Assembly: GCA_913057825.1 (NCBI GenBank)
Contig: CAJXOW010000007.1
Location: 906-64,905, forward strand
Source of the DNA: an uncultured Balneolaceae bacterium
Lineage (GTDB): Bacteria > Bacteroidota > Rhodothermia > Balneolales > Balneolaceae
Reading direction: 5' to 3'
DNA: 64,000 nt
Shown: positions 19,182 to 32,893 of the stretch, piece after piece
Layout: each line of letters begins with the position of its first letter
How positions within the stretch are numbered: the stretch's first letter is position 1
Program-made: the position numbers and the translations under genes
Notes under the pieces: model-generated
The model's database searches: none
What the model was told of the DNA's origin: nothing
The model's input: only the letters and a program-made list of their open reading frames with translations

Positions 19182-21068
19182 ATGGACTCTTTGTATCCCA
19201 CATACGATGTCATTGTCGTCGGCGCCGGTCACGCCGGAAGTGAGGCGGCGGGAGCAGCTGCCGGTATGGGAGCCGAAACGCTGCTGATCACCATGAATCT
19301 CGACGCCATCGCCAAGATGTCGTGCAACCCCGCTATCGGGGGGGTAGCCAAGGGACAGCTTGTGAAAGAAATCGATGCCCTCGGCGGACTCATGGGGAAA
19401 GTAGCCGACAAGACCGGCGTTCAGTATCGCATGCTGAACCGCAGTAAGGGGCCTGCCATGTGGAGTCCGCGCTGCCAGAGCGACCGGGCTCTCTATTCCA
19501 AAAAAATGCGGGAGGAGCTTGAAAAGAAAGAGCATTTAACGTTCCGCCAGGATAATGTGATCGACATCCTGACCAACGACAACAATAAAGTCACGGGCGT
19601 TCGAACCCAGACCGGGCAGAATTTCTTTTCCGAGACGGTCATTCTAAACAGCGGTACGTTCGGGAACGGTACGATTCACATCGGCGAGCACCAGTTTGGC
19701 GGCGGCCGATCCGGCGAACGCGCTTCGATCGGCGTTTCAGCGGCGCTTGAAGAGCTCGGATTTGAAGTCGGGCGGCTTAAAACAGGAACGCCGCCCCGTC
19801 TCGACGGTCGGTCGATCGATTACAGCAGCATGGAAATTCAATACGGGGAAGACAACCCGACGTCTTTCTCCTTCATGACCGATTCGCTGCCCGATAAAGA
19901 CGAGCAGCTCACCTGCTGGATTGCCGAAACCGACGAAAACGTACATGACGTGCTGCGATCCGGCTTCGATCGGAGTCCGATGTTCAACGGACGCATTAAA
20001 TCGCCCGGCCCGCGTTACTGTCCCAGCATTGAAGATAAAATCAACCGTTTTGAAGATAAAGACAGTCACCAGCTGTTTGTCGAGCCGGAAGGATGGGATA
20101 CCTACGAAACCTATTTAAACGGCTTTTCCACCTCGCTCCCGGAGGATGTGCAATATAAAGCCCTTCGCACGATTAAAGGCTTTGAAAATGCGGTAATGCT
20201 TCGTCCCGGCTACGCGATTGAATACGATTTCTTCTTCCCGTACCAAATCCATCGCAGCCTGGAGACGAAACGGGTCGACGGACTCTTTTTTGCCGGGCAG
20301 ATTAACGGGACCACCGGTTACGAAGAAGCCGCTTGCCAGGGGCTGATGGCCGGCATTAACGCCGCGCGCAAAGTGCAGGGCGAACGACCGATTGTACTGA
20401 AACGATCCGAAGCCTACATCGGCGTGCTCATTGACGATCTAATCAACAAAGGCACCAAGGAGCCCTACCGCATGTTCACTTCGCGCGCCGAGCATCGTAT
20501 TTTGTTGCGGCAGGATAATGCCGATTTGCGCCTCACCGAAATCGGCCACGATATCGGATTGGCTTCGGACGAGCGATACGAACAGTACAAAAAGAAAAAA
20601 GAGGAGATCGACGAGATGTTCGAGCTGTTTTCGGAATACACGGTCTATCCCGAAAAGATGGATCCCATGCTCGAGGACCAGGGAACCTCCACATTGGATC
20701 AGCCCGTCAAAGCCGATTCCCTGATTCCGCGTCCACAGCTTACCATTTATGATTTGTTGGAGGCGGATCCCGAGCTTAAAGAGAAGGCGCACGCCATCAG
20801 CGAAAACCCGAAAGTTCTGGACCAGATCGAAATCCAAACCAAATACCAGGGATATATCGAAAAAGAGTTCGAGATGGCCCGTGAGATGGAGCGCAAAGAA
20901 AACATGGCCATTCCCCAGGAAATAGACTACCACTCCATCGAGAGCCTGTCTACGGAGGGGCAAAAGAAACTCAACCGTATACGTCCCGAGACGATTGGGC
21001 AAGCCGGCCGCATAAGCGGAGTATCGGCGAGCGACATATCAGTCTTGATGATCTACTTAAAAAATTGA
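19182..21068 (+). CDS. mnmG: tRNA uridine 5-carboxymethylaminomethyl modification enzyme MnmG (GidA)
   Basis: [19 protein letters not shown] motif and full-length GidA-type sequence (628 aa). Confidence 0.95.
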   Translation: MDSLYPTYDVIVVGAGHAGSEAAGAAAGMGAETLLITMNLDAIAKMSCNPAIGGVAKGQLVKEIDALGGLMGKVADKTGVQYRMLNRSKGPAMWSPRCQSDRALYSKKMREELEKKEHLTFRQDNVIDILTNDNNKVTGVRTQTGQNFFSETVILNSGTFGNGTIHIGEHQFGGGRSGERASIGVSAALEELGFEVGRLKTGTPPRLDGRSIDYSSMEIQYGEDNPTSFSFMTDSLPDKDEQLTCWIAETDENVHDVLRSGFDRSPMFNGRIKSPGPRYCPSIEDKINRFEDKDSHQLFVEPEGWDTYETYLNGFSTSLPEDVQYKALRTIKGFENAVMLRPGYAIEYDFFFPYQIHRSLETKRVDGLFFAGQINGTTGYEEAACQGLMAGINAARKVQGERPIVLKRSEAYIGVLIDDLINKGTKEPYRMFTSRAEHRILLRQDNADLRLTEIGHDIGLASDERYEQYKKKKEEIDEMFELFSEYTVYPEKMDPMLEDQGTSTLDQPVKADSLIPRPQLTIYDLLEADPELKEKAHAISENPKVLDQIEIQTKYQGYIEKEFEMAREMERKENMAIPQEIDYHSIESLSTEGQKKLNRIRPETIGQAGRISGVSASDISVLMIYLKN

Positions 21069-21074
21069 CAGCTT

Positions 21075-21731
21075 GTGTCACAACAGATTCACTACCACGA
21101 TGTTTCACGTGAAACATGGGAGCGCCATCAAGCGTTGATTGAGCAAACCCGCTCGTTGCTGGAACAATATCTTGAGCAACTCAGCTGGTGGAACCGAAAG
21201 GTAAATTTGGTCAGTCGAAATGCGGAAACCGGGCTGATCTGGCATCATATTAGCCACTCGCTTCTTCCCCTCCCCCTCGACCTGCTCCCCACTGATGAAG
21301 TAATTTTTGACGCCGGAACCGGCGGCGGACTTCCCGGCATCCCCCTGGCTCTTGCGGCACCTGATCGTCACTTCATACTAAACGACATCAACTTTAAAAA
21401 GATCACGGCGGTCCACCAGATGGCCGAAAAGCTTCAGTTAAAGAACGTACACACTCGCCGCGGCGCATTTAACGAACATCTTCCGGACCAACGCTTTACT
21501 TTTATCTCCAAACACTCCTTTAAGCTGGACCAGGTGCTGGGGATATTGCAGGGGGATCTTCCTTGCTCGCGTATTATTTTATACAAAGGCGGCGACTTCA
21601 TTGAAGAAATTTCCGATCCTCTCTCTTCCCTGAGCATTGATGCCCACCGGCTGGATACCCATCAGGACGATCCTTTTTATGACGATAAATTTATCCTTAA
21701 TATACGTCGTTCGGAATCCACCGAGGCATAA
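21075..21731 (+). CDS. rsmG: 16S rRNA (guanine527-N7)-methyltransferase RsmG (GidB)
   Basis: Lies immediately after mnmG. Contains the NLVS...DAGTGGGLPGIPLA SAM-binding motif. GTG start. Confidence 0.85.
   Translation: MSQQIHYHDVSRETWERHQALIEQTRSLLEQYLEQLSWWNRKVNLVSRNAETGLIWHHISHSLLPLPLDLLPTDEVIFDAGTGGGLPGIPLALAAPDRHFILNDINFKKITAVHQMAEKLQLKNVHTRRGAFNEHLPDQRFTFISKHSFKLDQVLGILQGDLPCSRIILYKGGDFIEEISDPLSSLSIDAHRLDTHQDDPFYDDKFILNIRRSESTEA
21101..21116. promoter_or_regulatory. parS (ParB/Spo0J binding site), perfect consensus palindrome
   Basis: TGTTTCACGTGAAACA, embedded in the 18-bp palindrome ATGTTTCACGTGAAACAT. It lies inside the 5' end of rsmG. Confidence 0.8.
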
Positions 21732-21752
21732 GCTTTTAAATTACTATCACCT

Positions 21753-22694
21753 ATGAAAAGCACGGAACGACGTCTTAAGCTGCTCTTGCTGCTACAATCC
21801 GGCAGCAGCCAACTAAATGCCAATGACATTGCCGAACGATTCAACGTAAGTCGGCGGACCGTTTTTCGGGACCTGCGATTTCTCGAAAATATCGACGTTC
21901 CGGTCACCTGGGATGAAAATCGGGGATACCATATTGTACGCGGCTACAAGATTCCGCCGCTGATGTTCACGCAAAAAGAACTTGCCACGGTCCTGGTGGG
22001 ATTATCGTTTGTAAAATCCCAGGTCGACGGCCATCTGGCCGAAGATGCGCAAGGGGTGGAATTAAAGATCCAGAATGTACTTCCGCCCGATTTGAAAGAA
22101 TTTATGTCCACCCTGGAAGATCGCCTGATGGTTGCTCCCTATATGAATTTTGGCATTGAAAAGAAAAAAGGCGGCAACTGGTACGAAATTAGTCGCGCCA
22201 TCACTCAAAACCGGCGTATCATGTTTCGCTATGAAAGCAGAAAAGACGATATCCTTACGCTGCGCAAGCTGGATCCCTACCTGCTGGTCTTCTTCCAGGA
22301 TCATTGGAATTTGATTGGACACAGTCATAAACGCAAAGAACTCCGCAACTTTCTGCTGGATCGTATCTCCAACGTACGTATCACCGATGAGTCGTTCGAA
22401 CTGTCCGATAATTTTGATCCCCGGAAAATTATTTTTCATCGCAACGAAAATACCCAACCTATCAAAGTTGCCGTCCAGCCGGAGTCGGTCGACCGCTTCA
22501 AAACCTACCTGCCCGCTCCCCTGGAGGAAGAAGCGGAGAACGACGAGGGGCGTCACATCCTTCAATTCCATTTCAACAACCTGGACTATCTCAATCGCTG
22601 GCTTTTGCAGTTTGCCAATAACATTGAAGTGATCGGCCCCAGCTCCTTGCAGAAAAAGCGGGAAAAACTATTAAAGAGGATGCTCAACACGTAG
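21753..22694 (+). CDS. HTH + WYL domain transcriptional regulator (YafY-like)
   Basis: N-terminal HTH_11-type segment (ERRLKLLLLLQSG...NANDIAERFNVSRRTVFRDLRFLE). Central WYL-type region (RRIMFRYESRKDDILTLRKLDPYLLVFFQDHWNLIGH). Confidence 0.8.
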   Translation: MKSTERRLKLLLLLQSGSSQLNANDIAERFNVSRRTVFRDLRFLENIDVPVTWDENRGYHIVRGYKIPPLMFTQKELATVLVGLSFVKSQVDGHLAEDAQGVELKIQNVLPPDLKEFMSTLEDRLMVAPYMNFGIEKKKGGNWYEISRAITQNRRIMFRYESRKDDILTLRKLDPYLLVFFQDHWNLIGHSHKRKELRNFLLDRISNVRITDESFELSDNFDPRKIIFHRNENTQPIKVAVQPESVDRFKTYLPAPLEEEAENDEGRHILQFHFNNLDYLNRWLLQFANNIEVIGPSSLQKKREKLLKRMLNT

Positions 22695-22765
22695 AGACAA
22701 CTACCAAGTGCAATGATTTGTCACGCATCCCCCTTTATCGACTTGTTCGGCCGTTATCTCTCCCA

Positions 22766-22781
22766 CGTTTCACGTGAAACA
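22766..22781. promoter_or_regulatory. parS-like site (one mismatch to consensus)
   Basis: CGTTTCACGTGAAACA. The 19-nt string GTTTCACGTGAAACATGGG is shared with the site at 21102-21120. Confidence 0.7.
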
Positions 22782-22858
22782 TGGGCTGGTTGAATGTTTT
22801 TACAAAGCTAGAGAAAGCGTACGTTAAAATATTGACCACGCCCTTTTTTCAGCTTGCA

Positions 22859-22874
22859 TGTTTCACGTGAAACA
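22859..22874. promoter_or_regulatory. parS, perfect consensus palindrome
   Basis: TGTTTCACGTGAAACA within ATGTTTCACGTGAAACAT. Intergenic. Confidence 0.8.
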
Positions 22875-22993
22875 TATTACAGCAATGATCCCTCATAAAT
22901 TATCTCGACAAGACCTTTATCATTCCCCACGTTCTATCCCCAGGAAGCGATCCTCACTAAATAGATTTCACTTGATGGCAGGGGATTAAATAT

Positions 22994-23026
22994 AAAAAAG
23001 GGACTGTCGCGTGACAGTCCCTTTTT
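22994..23026. terminator. Bidirectional Rho-independent terminator between the WYL regulator gene and gyrA
   Basis: AAAAAA, then GGGACTGTC, GCGT, GACAGTCCC, then TTTTT. The flanking genes are convergent. Confidence 0.8.
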
Positions 23027-23070
23027 CGTTAGTCAATGTTTGAACAGCGAGCGGTCAAGCGCTTTCAGTC

Positions 23071-25593
23071 TTATTCCTCACTGTCGTCCGACTCCTCGTC
23101 ATCATCTTCGCTGGAGTCAATCACCTCGGCATCATCCTCATCTTCCTCGTTGGCGACGCGGGTGACGGCTGCAATGGTTTGGTCGTCACTCAGGTTCATG
23201 ATGCGTACGCCCTGGGTATTTCGCCCCATCGTTCGGATATCACCGCAGTGCATCCGGATAACCTGTCCGCTTTTGGTGATCACCATCAGATCGTCGGTAT
23301 CGGAGACTTCCTTAAGGGAGACGAGTTTTCCGGTTTTCTTGGTGACTTTCAGGGTAATGACGCCTTTTCCGCCGCGGGATTGTTCCCGGTAATCGTCAAT
23401 CAGTGAACGTTTCCCGTATCCATTTTCAGAAATCGCCATGACCGTCGACTCGTGCGTGTTCTTAACCACCACCATATCAACAATCTCATTGTCGTCCTGG
23501 TTGATATCCATTCCTTTAACGCCCGTCGTATTACGTCCCATATCACGGACTTCATCTTCATGGAATCGAATGGCTCGCCCATTGCGATTAGCCAGCATAA
23601 TGGTACTGTCACCGTTGGTAAGATGGGCGGTCAGCAGCTCATCATCTTCCTTAATGTTAATCGCAATAATTCCGTCCTGGCGGGGGCGGGAGTATTCCTC
23701 CAGCAACGTTTTCTTCACGCTGCCATTCCGGGTCGCCATAATGATGTGGTGGTTGTTAATATATTCCTCATCATCCAGGGTTTTGACCGGCACAAAAGTC
23801 TTGATACTGTCGTCCTTTTCAATGTTAATCAGGTTGACAATCGCACGACCCCGGGCCGTTCGTGAAGCTTCCGGAATTTCGTAGACCTTTAGCCAGTAGC
23901 AGATTCCTTTTTCAGTAAAGAAGAGGATATAATTGTGATTGGTAGCCACAAACAAGTGTTCTACATACTCTTCATCCTTTGTCGTGGTCCCTCGCATGCC
24001 CTTGCCGCCGCGTCGTTGTCGCCGGTAACCGCTGACCGGCATGCGTTTAATATAACCTTTATTGGAGATGGTAACGACCACATCTTCATCCGCAATCATG
24101 TCTTCGATGTCAAAATCCTCGGCGTTATGGACGACCTGCGTGCGTCGTTCATCCGAATATCGTTTCTTCAGCGTTTGGAGTTCGTCCTGGATAATCGCTT
24201 TCTGTTCGTCACGATCTCCGAGGATACTGCGGTAGCCCTCTATTTTACCGATTATTTCATTATATTCCTCCTCGATCTTGTTCAACTCCAAGCCGGTCAG
24301 TTTCTGCAGCCGCATATCGAGAATCGCCTTGGCCTGCAGATCGGTAAGGCTGAATTTGCGTCGCAGCTCTCTATTCGCCTCTTTCGGACTGTCCGATGCC
24401 CGTATCGTATCAATGACGTCATCCAGCTGATCGAGCGCAATGGTCAGGCCCTCCAGAATATGGGCACGCGATTCGGCCTGCTCGAGCTCGTAAAGGGTGC
24501 GGCGTATGATGACCTCGATCCGGTGCTCAATGAAGTGATATATTAACTCCTTGAGCGACATGACTTTAGGCCGACCTTTAACAAGCGCGAGACTGATTAC
24601 GCCGAACGTAGTCTGCATCTGGGTGTATTTGTAGAGCTGGTTCAGCACCACGCCGGCATTGGCATTTCGTTTGAGGACGATAACCAGGCGAATGCCTTCA
24701 CGGTCCGATTCGTCCCGAATTTCCCCGATGTCACTTATTTTATCATCTTCGACCAGTTTGGCAATCTTTTGAATCAAGGTCGACTTGTTGACCTGGTAGG
24801 GAATCTCGGTAACCACGATCTGCTCGCGATTGCCCCGCAACTCCTCGGTATTGGCCCGGGCACGAAGCGTAATTTTACCCCGACCGGTCTCGTAAGCCTC
24901 TTTAACGCCCCCGTAGCCATAAATAATCCCTCCGGTGGGAAAGTCAGGCGCCGTAATGTGCTCCATGAGTCCCTTGACCGAAATATCCGGATTCTCCAGA
25001 TAGGCATCGATGCCGTCAATGACTTCGTCAATATTGTGCGGTGCCATGTTCGTGGCCATTCCCACCGCAATACCCGAGGAACCGTTCAACAACAAGTTGG
25101 GCAGCGTCCCCGGTAGAACCGTCGGTTCCGTCAGGGTGTCGTCAAAATTGTATTGGAAATCGACGGTTTCCTTTTTGATATCCGTCAACATCTCCTCGGC
25201 AATACGCTGCATGCGCACCTCGGTATAACGCATAGCCGCCGCCGAATCGCCGTCAATCGACCCGAAATTCCCTTGTCCGTCGACCAGCGGATACCGCAGG
25301 GAAAAATCCTGCACCATGCGAACAATTGTATCATACACCGCGGAGTCGCCGTGTGGGTGATACTTACCGAGCACCTCACCCACAATACGAGCACTCTTCT
25401 TGTAATTGCGATTGTGGGTCATTCCCAACTCGCTCATGCCGTATAGTACCCGTCGGTGGACCGGCTTCAGTCCATCCCTTACGTCCGGCAACGCACGGGA
25501 CACAATCACCGACATCGAATAATCGATATACGAGGACTTCATCTCGTCCTCAATTGCAATCTTTACAATTTTATCTCTGTTATCTCTGGCCAT
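23071..25593 (-). CDS. gyrA: DNA gyrase subunit A
   Basis: Full-length GyrA (840 aa) with the AAMRYTE catalytic-Tyr region, C-terminal beta-pinwheel repeats and an acidic tail. Confidence 0.97.
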   Translation of the reverse strand: MARDNRDKIVKIAIEDEMKSSYIDYSMSVIVSRALPDVRDGLKPVHRRVLYGMSELGMTHNRNYKKSARIVGEVLGKYHPHGDSAVYDTIVRMVQDFSLRYPLVDGQGNFGSIDGDSAAAMRYTEVRMQRIAEEMLTDIKKETVDFQYNFDDTLTEPTVLPGTLPNLLLNGSSGIAVGMATNMAPHNIDEVIDGIDAYLENPDISVKGLMEHITAPDFPTGGIIYGYGGVKEAYETGRGKITLRARANTEELRGNREQIVVTEIPYQVNKSTLIQKIAKLVEDDKISDIGEIRDESDREGIRLVIVLKRNANAGVVLNQLYKYTQMQTTFGVISLALVKGRPKVMSLKELIYHFIEHRIEVIIRRTLYELEQAESRAHILEGLTIALDQLDDVIDTIRASDSPKEANRELRRKFSLTDLQAKAILDMRLQKLTGLELNKIEEEYNEIIGKIEGYRSILGDRDEQKAIIQDELQTLKKRYSDERRTQVVHNAEDFDIEDMIADEDVVVTISNKGYIKRMPVSGYRRQRRGGKGMRGTTTKDEEYVEHLFVATNHNYILFFTEKGICYWLKVYEIPEASRTARGRAIVNLINIEKDDSIKTFVPVKTLDDEEYINNHHIIMATRNGSVKKTLLEEYSRPRQDGIIAINIKEDDELLTAHLTNGDSTIMLANRNGRAIRFHEDEVRDMGRNTTGVKGMDINQDDNEIVDMVVVKNTHESTVMAISENGYGKRSLIDDYREQSRGGKGVITLKVTKKTGKLVSLKEVSDTDDLMVITKSGQVIRMHCGDIRTMGRNTQGVRIMNLSDDQTIAAVTRVANEEDEDDAEVIDSSEDDDEESDDSEE

Positions 25594-25651
25594 AGAATAG
25601 ATATAGAATTAGAAAGTGAAAAAAGTTGTATTTGTGAGCCCGGATGTCCTC

Positions 25652-27613
<1,962 letters not shown>

Positions 27614-28159
27614 TTAGTTGGAGATAGTACGTATTCGAGCTTGAAAATAGCTTTTATATCGGCAAAATCAAAGTGAGTGGGGTAATATACCGCCTACCCC
27701 CGTGATCGCGCCTCTAATCGTAAAATATGGAGCCGTTTTTGGACGCATTGATACAAAAAATCTTACTTTATAAGTCAAATAAACTACTGAATTCCAAATA
27801 TTTGCCGATTTTGATATTTTTCAAACTATTATAATCAACCGGTAACGCTTTCAGCGTATTGAAAAATTTAAAATTATGAAAAATGGAAGTGGGAATATAG
27901 TTGTTTGCTGAGACCCGTTATTGATGACGAGTCGGTAATACAGCTGAGGAGTTTGTCTTCGTTGTTGAAGTTACTATTCGTTACTGAGGGCATGGACCAT
28001 CCACAATTTTAAATCTTAAATTTCTCATTATCTGTTGAAAACGGAGAACGGTTACGATCATAATTTAGGGAATAGTTATTGATCTTTTCTGCAGATAATC
28101 TTACCTTACGAAACTGTAAAAATCTACCAAAACTCGAAGGAAACAGTAGGTTGCACGTT

Positions 28160-28405
28160 ATGGCAAAAAAGGATGATATAACCGGCAAAGGAGCTATGAA
28201 CGGTTATCGGGTTTCGCACTCGAATAACCGGACCAAGCACAAATTCCAGCAGAATCTTCAGAAAAAGAAGTTTTATGTTCCTGAAGAAGACCGCTGGATC
28301 ACCCTGAAAGTGTCCGCCAAAACATTGCGGACCATCAACAAGAAGGGAATCTATGCTGTGCTGCAGGAAGCTCGCCGGAAAGGAACTTTGATTAAAGACG
28401 ATTAA
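28160..28405 (+). CDS. rpmB: 50S ribosomal protein L28
   Basis: [63 protein letters not shown]. The ORF-track entry begins upstream, but the ATG at 28160 fits L28 length. Confidence 0.9.
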   Translation: MAKKDDITGKGAMNGYRVSHSNNRTKHKFQQNLQKKKFYVPEEDRWITLKVSAKTLRTINKKGIYAVLQEARRKGTLIKDD

Positions 28406-28425
28406 AAAACAAACCCATACTCATT

Positions 28426-28590
28426 ATGGCTAAAGGAGACCGCGTACAAGTCATTTTGGAGTGCACGGAGAAGCCTGGATCTTCCCGGTATGTCACGACG
28501 AAAAATCGTCGCAACACTCCGGAACGTCTTGAGCTGAAGAAGTACAATCCCGTGCTACGCAAACACACGGTTCACAAAGAAATTAAATAA
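28426..28590 (+). CDS. rpmG: 50S ribosomal protein L33
   Basis: 54-aa ORF, too short for the ORF track: [54 protein letters not shown]. Confidence 0.9.
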   Translation: MAKGDRVQVILECTEKPGSSRYVTTKNRRNTPERLELKKYNPVLRKHTVHKEIK

Positions 28591-28611
28591 TTAACGGTAT
28601 TTTCATTAATT

Positions 28612-28782
28612 ATGGCTAAGCGACAAGTTTTCGGCGAAGAAGCCGAAAAGAAAAAAGGAACGCATCGCAAGATGGCGAAGGTGATAATCTCCACCAAATC
28701 CAGTCACGGCAAGTATGCCTTCAAGGAGACCATGGTGGATCAGGATCAAGTCAACGAGTTTATTAAGGAGAAAACAGAATAA
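28612..28782 (+). CDS. DUF4295-family small basic protein (conserved partner of rpmB-rpmG in the FCB group)
   Basis: 56-aa ORF MAKRQVFGEEAEKKKGTHRKMAKVIISTKSSHGKYAFKETMVDQDQVNEFIKEKTE. Both position and sequence are typical of DUF4295. Confidence 0.75.
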   Translation: MAKRQVFGEEAEKKKGTHRKMAKVIISTKSSHGKYAFKETMVDQDQVNEFIKEKTE

Positions 28783-28942
28783 ATAGTTTTCTGTTCCCGG
28801 CTTGCCGGCTGGTCTCGACCTGTAAACTTCAGGTAGACCTGCCGAAGTAAATGATTGATAGCGGGAAACTCACTTGACCCTAGTAGCGACGCCTTCCCAT
28901 CCTATTAACTTTCAAGATCTACACAACACCCGGTATATCAGT

Positions 28943-29404
28943 ATGAGCATTCAAGAACAGATACTGTCGGATCTCAAGCAGGCCATGAAGGACAAAGATC
29001 AGGATCGACTTCGGGTTCTGCGATCGCTAAAGGCAAAAATGCTGGAAAAGGAAATCAGTGTTCGTGAAGGGGGCCAGAAAAAGGAACTCTCCGACGAACA
29101 TGCCGTCGAGGTCCTTATGAAAGCAGCCAAGCAGCGGCGAGAATCGATTGAGCAGTACGAAAAAGGATCCCGGGATGATCTCGCCGCACAGGAAAAACAG
29201 GAGTTGGAAGTTATTGAATCCTACCTGCCTGAAATGATGTCGGAGGACGAAATCAGGGAAATTATTCGTGAAAAGATCAAAGAAGTGGGGGCAGAATCGA
29301 TGGCCGACATGGGTCCCGTTATGGGATCGGTCATGCCGGAAGTGAAAGGCAAGGCCGAAGGTTCGGAGGTAAAAAAAGTGGTGCAGGAGGAACTCTCAGG
29401 ATGA
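28943..29404 (+). CDS. GatB/YqeY domain-containing protein
   Basis: MSIQEQILSDLKQAMKDKDQDRLRVLRSLKAKMLEKE...LPEMMSEDEIREII is a typical YqeY sequence. The internal ATG was chosen over the extended ORF. Confidence 0.85.
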   Translation: MSIQEQILSDLKQAMKDKDQDRLRVLRSLKAKMLEKEISVREGGQKKELSDEHAVEVLMKAAKQRRESIEQYEKGSRDDLAAQEKQELEVIESYLPEMMSEDEIREIIREKIKEVGAESMADMGPVMGSVMPEVKGKAEGSEVKKVVQEELSG

Positions 29405-29956
29405 ATGAATAGTCTCGATTACTTACTCATCCTTCCCTTAGTCTACTACGCCTATCGTGGGGTCAAAAACGGGATCATCCACGAGGTGCTGGGCATTGTA
29501 GGACTTATTCTGGCGGTTTTTTTTGCATTTTTCTACATGGACACGCTCGCCGACAGTTTTGCCATCATTTTCAAGCGCGACAGTCCCTATCTTCCCTTTT
29601 TTACGGGGACCCTATTATTTATCGGTGTTTTGATCGGTACGCACATCGTTTCCCGAAGCCTCTGGGGATTATTCAAGTTTCTTAAGCTCAACTTCATCAA
29701 CCGTTTCTTCGGGGCTCTTTTCGGACTTTTGAAAGGAGGCATTCTGATAAGCGCTCTCCTGCTTTTTATGGCGAATATAGATCTGCCCGGCCCGGTGGCA
29801 CGGAATAATTCCCTGTTTTATCCATATTTAATTGACCTTGCCCCCTATACTTACGACCTTATCGCATCGACTTTTCCCGGACTTGATGACTTCCGGGCGA
29901 CCTTGAAACAAAGCATGCAAAACCAGGATTTTTTAAACGAATTCTTTAATAACTAA
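29405..29956 (+). CDS. CvpA-family membrane protein
   Basis: Four TM helices with the N-terminal [25 protein letters not shown] pattern of CvpA. Confidence 0.7.
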   Translation: MNSLDYLLILPLVYYAYRGVKNGIIHEVLGIVGLILAVFFAFFYMDTLADSFAIIFKRDSPYLPFFTGTLLFIGVLIGTHIVSRSLWGLFKFLKLNFINRFFGALFGLLKGGILISALLLFMANIDLPGPVARNNSLFYPYLIDLAPYTYDLIASTFPGLDDFRATLKQSMQNQDFLNEFFNN

Positions 29957-29975
29957 TCTAGCAGCAGCAATACCT

Positions 29976-31196
29976 ATGGGTTTTCCTTCAGTAGAAGAGC
30001 AAATGGAAGTCATTCGACGCGGAACCGTCGAAATTATTCCGGAAGAAGAGCTGGAAGACAAATTGAAAAAATCGCTCGAAGAGAATCGACCCCTTAAGAT
30101 AAAACTGGGCTGTGATCCCACCCGGCCCGATCTTCACCTGGGTCATTCGGTCATCCTGCGAAAACTTCGTCAATTCCAGGACCTGGGACATGAAGCGATC
30201 TTGATCATCGGAGATTTTACCGGTCTGATCGGCGATCCCAGCGGACAAAACAAAACTCGACCGGCCCTCAGCCCCGAGGAGATTGAAAAAAATGCCAAGA
30301 GTTATTTTGACCAGGCATCGCTGATTCTCGACGAAGAGAAAACCACGATTAAGTACAACTCGGAGTGGCTGGGTAAAATGAATTTTGAGGATGTGATACG
30401 CCTCTCCTCCAAGCTGACCGTTGCACGTATGATCGAGCGTGATGATTTTTCCCGGCGTTTTGAAAATAACGATCCGATCTCTCTGCACGAATTTTTGTAC
30501 CCTCTGGCCCAGGGACAGGATTCGGTCGAACTTGAATCGGACGTAGAACTCGGAGGTACCGATCAGAAATTTAACCTGCTCGTCGGACGTCAACTGCAGA
30601 AAGAACAAGATCAGAATCCCCAGGTCTGTCTCATGATGCCGTTGCTGGTTGGTCCGGACGGCGTCAACAAAATGTCGAAATCCTACGACAACTATATTGG
30701 ATTGACCGAAGAGCCCCGTGAAATGTACGGGAAAATTCTTTCGATTCCCGATGAACTGATCTACCCGTATTTTGAATTGTTAACGGATATTCCCGTCGAG
30801 CAGCTACCCGAGTATAAGCAAAAAGCCGAAGAAGATCCCCGTAATACCAAACACGAGTTGGCATATACGATTACCCGGTTGTATCATAATCAAAACGCCG
30901 CCGATGATGCACGGAAATACATTGAGCAAACGCTGGTCAAGAATGAAGTTCCCGAGGACATTCCCGTGTTAACCTTTGAAGCCGGCAGCGAGCACCGGTT
31001 GCTGGACATTATCAAGGAAACCGGCTTTACCGACAGCAACGCCGAGACGAAGCGCCTGATCCAACAGGGCGGTGTAGCCATTGACGGGGAAAAAATCACC
31101 GACAAAGGCTATTCAATGACCTTCAAGGCGGATACCGACGTCACCCTCAAGGTGGGTAAACGCAATTTTTGTCGACTGACCAGCAACGGCGTTTAA
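29976..31196 (+). CDS. tyrS: Tyrosine--tRNA ligase
   Basis: HIGH-type motif (DLHLGHSV), KMSKS motif and a C-terminal S4 domain. 406 aa. Confidence 0.92.
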   Translation: MGFPSVEEQMEVIRRGTVEIIPEEELEDKLKKSLEENRPLKIKLGCDPTRPDLHLGHSVILRKLRQFQDLGHEAILIIGDFTGLIGDPSGQNKTRPALSPEEIEKNAKSYFDQASLILDEEKTTIKYNSEWLGKMNFEDVIRLSSKLTVARMIERDDFSRRFENNDPISLHEFLYPLAQGQDSVELESDVELGGTDQKFNLLVGRQLQKEQDQNPQVCLMMPLLVGPDGVNKMSKSYDNYIGLTEEPREMYGKILSIPDELIYPYFELLTDIPVEQLPEYKQKAEEDPRNTKHELAYTITRLYHNQNAADDARKYIEQTLVKNEVPEDIPVLTFEAGSEHRLLDIIKETGFTDSNAETKRLIQQGGVAIDGEKITDKGYSMTFKADTDVTLKVGKRNFCRLTSNGV

Positions 31197-31412
31197 CCTG
31201 AAATGAGTTAACGCGGCCAACACTTTCCTCAGCCCCCTTCATTGGAAATCCGGTCCAGGAGTTTGTCGGACCTTCACAGCCCCAGTGCGAGAAAAGTCTG
31301 ACAGAATCCCACGCGTAACCCCCTGCCTCCCATGCATTTATTTTATTTGACTCTAAGTCTGTAGTTTCTCTTATTTATTATATACACATTAAATATTTTA
31401 ATGTAGGCATTT

Positions 31413-31859
31413 ATGGGTACTCATTACGAGGGTTCAAAGCAAGATAAGGACACGCTGGATGCGTATATCAAATTAATGCGGGCCTCTGATTCTATTACCG
31501 CTCGTCTGAACAAACACCTTGGAGAGCACGGGCTAACCATCAGTCAATTTGGGGTTATGGAAGCCCTCCACCACCTGGGTCCGCTGAATCAACGCTCCCT
31601 GGGTGAAAAACTGCTTAAAAGCGGGGGTAATATCACAATGGTGATCGACAACCTGGAAAAGCGGGGATGGGTCGAACGAAAACGCAACCCGGAAGATCGA
31701 AGATCGGTTCTCATTCATTTAACCGACGAAGGAGGTTCCTTTATTGAATCGTTCTTTCCGAAACATCTGGAAAAAATAAACCAAGAGTTCGAACCGCTTT
31801 CCACTGAGGAAAAAAAGCAACTCGGGAAGCTGTGCAAGAAGATTGGGAAGAGGGAGTAA
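31413..31859 (+). CDS. MarR-family transcriptional regulator
   Basis: Winged-helix core LTISQFGVMEALHHLGPLNQRSLGEKLLKSGGNITMVIDNLEKRGWVERKRNPEDRR. Confidence 0.85.
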   Translation: MGTHYEGSKQDKDTLDAYIKLMRASDSITARLNKHLGEHGLTISQFGVMEALHHLGPLNQRSLGEKLLKSGGNITMVIDNLEKRGWVERKRNPEDRRSVLIHLTDEGGSFIESFFPKHLEKINQEFEPLSTEEKKQLGKLCKKIGKRE

Positions 31860-31896
31860 CAGGCTGAAAGGCGAATACACAAAGTAGCTTAAACCG

Positions 31897-31955
31897 TCCC
31901 CCTTCGGAGGGGGAGAGTCCATCCCAAAAAATTGGGATGGACAAGGGGGAGGACC
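31897..31955 (-). repeat. C-run motif element, copy R3 (minus orientation)
   Basis: The reverse complement reads GGTCCTCCCCCTTG, then hairpin TCCATCCCA-ATTTTT-TGGGATGGA, then CTCTCCCCCTCCGAAGGGGGA. Confidence 0.7.
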
Positions 31956-32088
31956 GATAGCTCACTAATATAGCGAAGGCAAATACAGAATGGTTGCAAT
32001 TTTACAAGTCTAAAGGATCTGGCCGGTCTGTCCAGACGGGGGATTTGTTAGCTGTTCTGCGTGGAGCTAAGTTCCTGGAACTATTTAC

Positions 32089-32637
32089 TCACTTCTCCGA
32101 CTCATACACCACCATGGGCGGTATATTAAGCCAGACGCGGGAAGTATCCACATTACCGAAGGTCTCCAACAGCGACCGTTTCAAATGTTCTGATGTTTGA
32201 TACGCCAGGAACTTCCCATGATCTTTTAACAATTTGCGGCTTTCACGCAATATCCGCTCTTTGTTTTCCTCTTCCAGGAATGAAAAGGGAATGCCCGATA
32301 CGATATAATCGACCCGTCCATAATATTTATCACTGACGAGCTCGTCCACATTTTCCACGCTCTCCGCATATACTGTAACGCGATCATCGTCTATTTTGCG
32401 TAGTTCCTTGACAAAATTCATGTTGGTTTCAAACATCACCAGTTCCGAATCGGGCGTCATACGATCCAGCATATAGTCGGCATGAACTCCGGTTCCCGGA
32501 CCGTATTCGAATATGATACGGTCCTGGCTGAAATCCATTTTCTTGCATACTTTCTGGACGGTAAATCGACTACTGGGTGCCACTGAAGCCACGTCCTTAT
32601 CCTGGATAAAACTTTTTAAATAGGTAATGACACTCAT
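32089..32637 (-). CDS. Class I SAM-dependent methyltransferase
   Basis: EYGPGTGV SAM-binding motif in a small 182-aa protein. Substrate unknown. Confidence 0.65.
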   Translation of the reverse strand: MSVITYLKSFIQDKDVASVAPSSRFTVQKVCKKMDFSQDRIIFEYGPGTGVHADYMLDRMTPDSELVMFETNMNFVKELRKIDDDRVTVYAESVENVDELVSDKYYGRVDYIVSGIPFSFLEEENKERILRESRKLLKDHGKFLAYQTSEHLKRSLLETFGNVDTSRVWLNIPPMVVYESEK

Positions 32638-32893
32638 GAATCTAAAACGTCCTTAGGTTCAACTTATCAATGATAACGTTTCAAGAAGAAAACCGGCCCG
32701 CATTCTCGTTAACGTGAGAATTGCTTAGCTCTGAGTTCCCAAACAACAATTAATGAATTGTCACGTCGCAGAGTTCCGGAGATTTACTTTAACAACCCCG
32801 CTATCGGTATCATTTCTCATAAACCAATCAACACCGGTTACTGCTACAGGTCTTAGTATTACAAATTACGATCAAATTTCATAATAGTTGATC

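Noticed and set aside
31232-31290. Possible sixth, degenerate member of the C-run family after tyrS (CAGCCCCCTTCATTGGAAATCCGGTCCAGGAGTTTGTCGGACCTTCACAGCCCC).
   Set aside because: It shares only the TTGTCGGA-containing hairpin and one short C-run. It lacks both the GTCCTCCCCC box and the TCCGAAGGGGGA hairpin, so the similarity is too weak to call.
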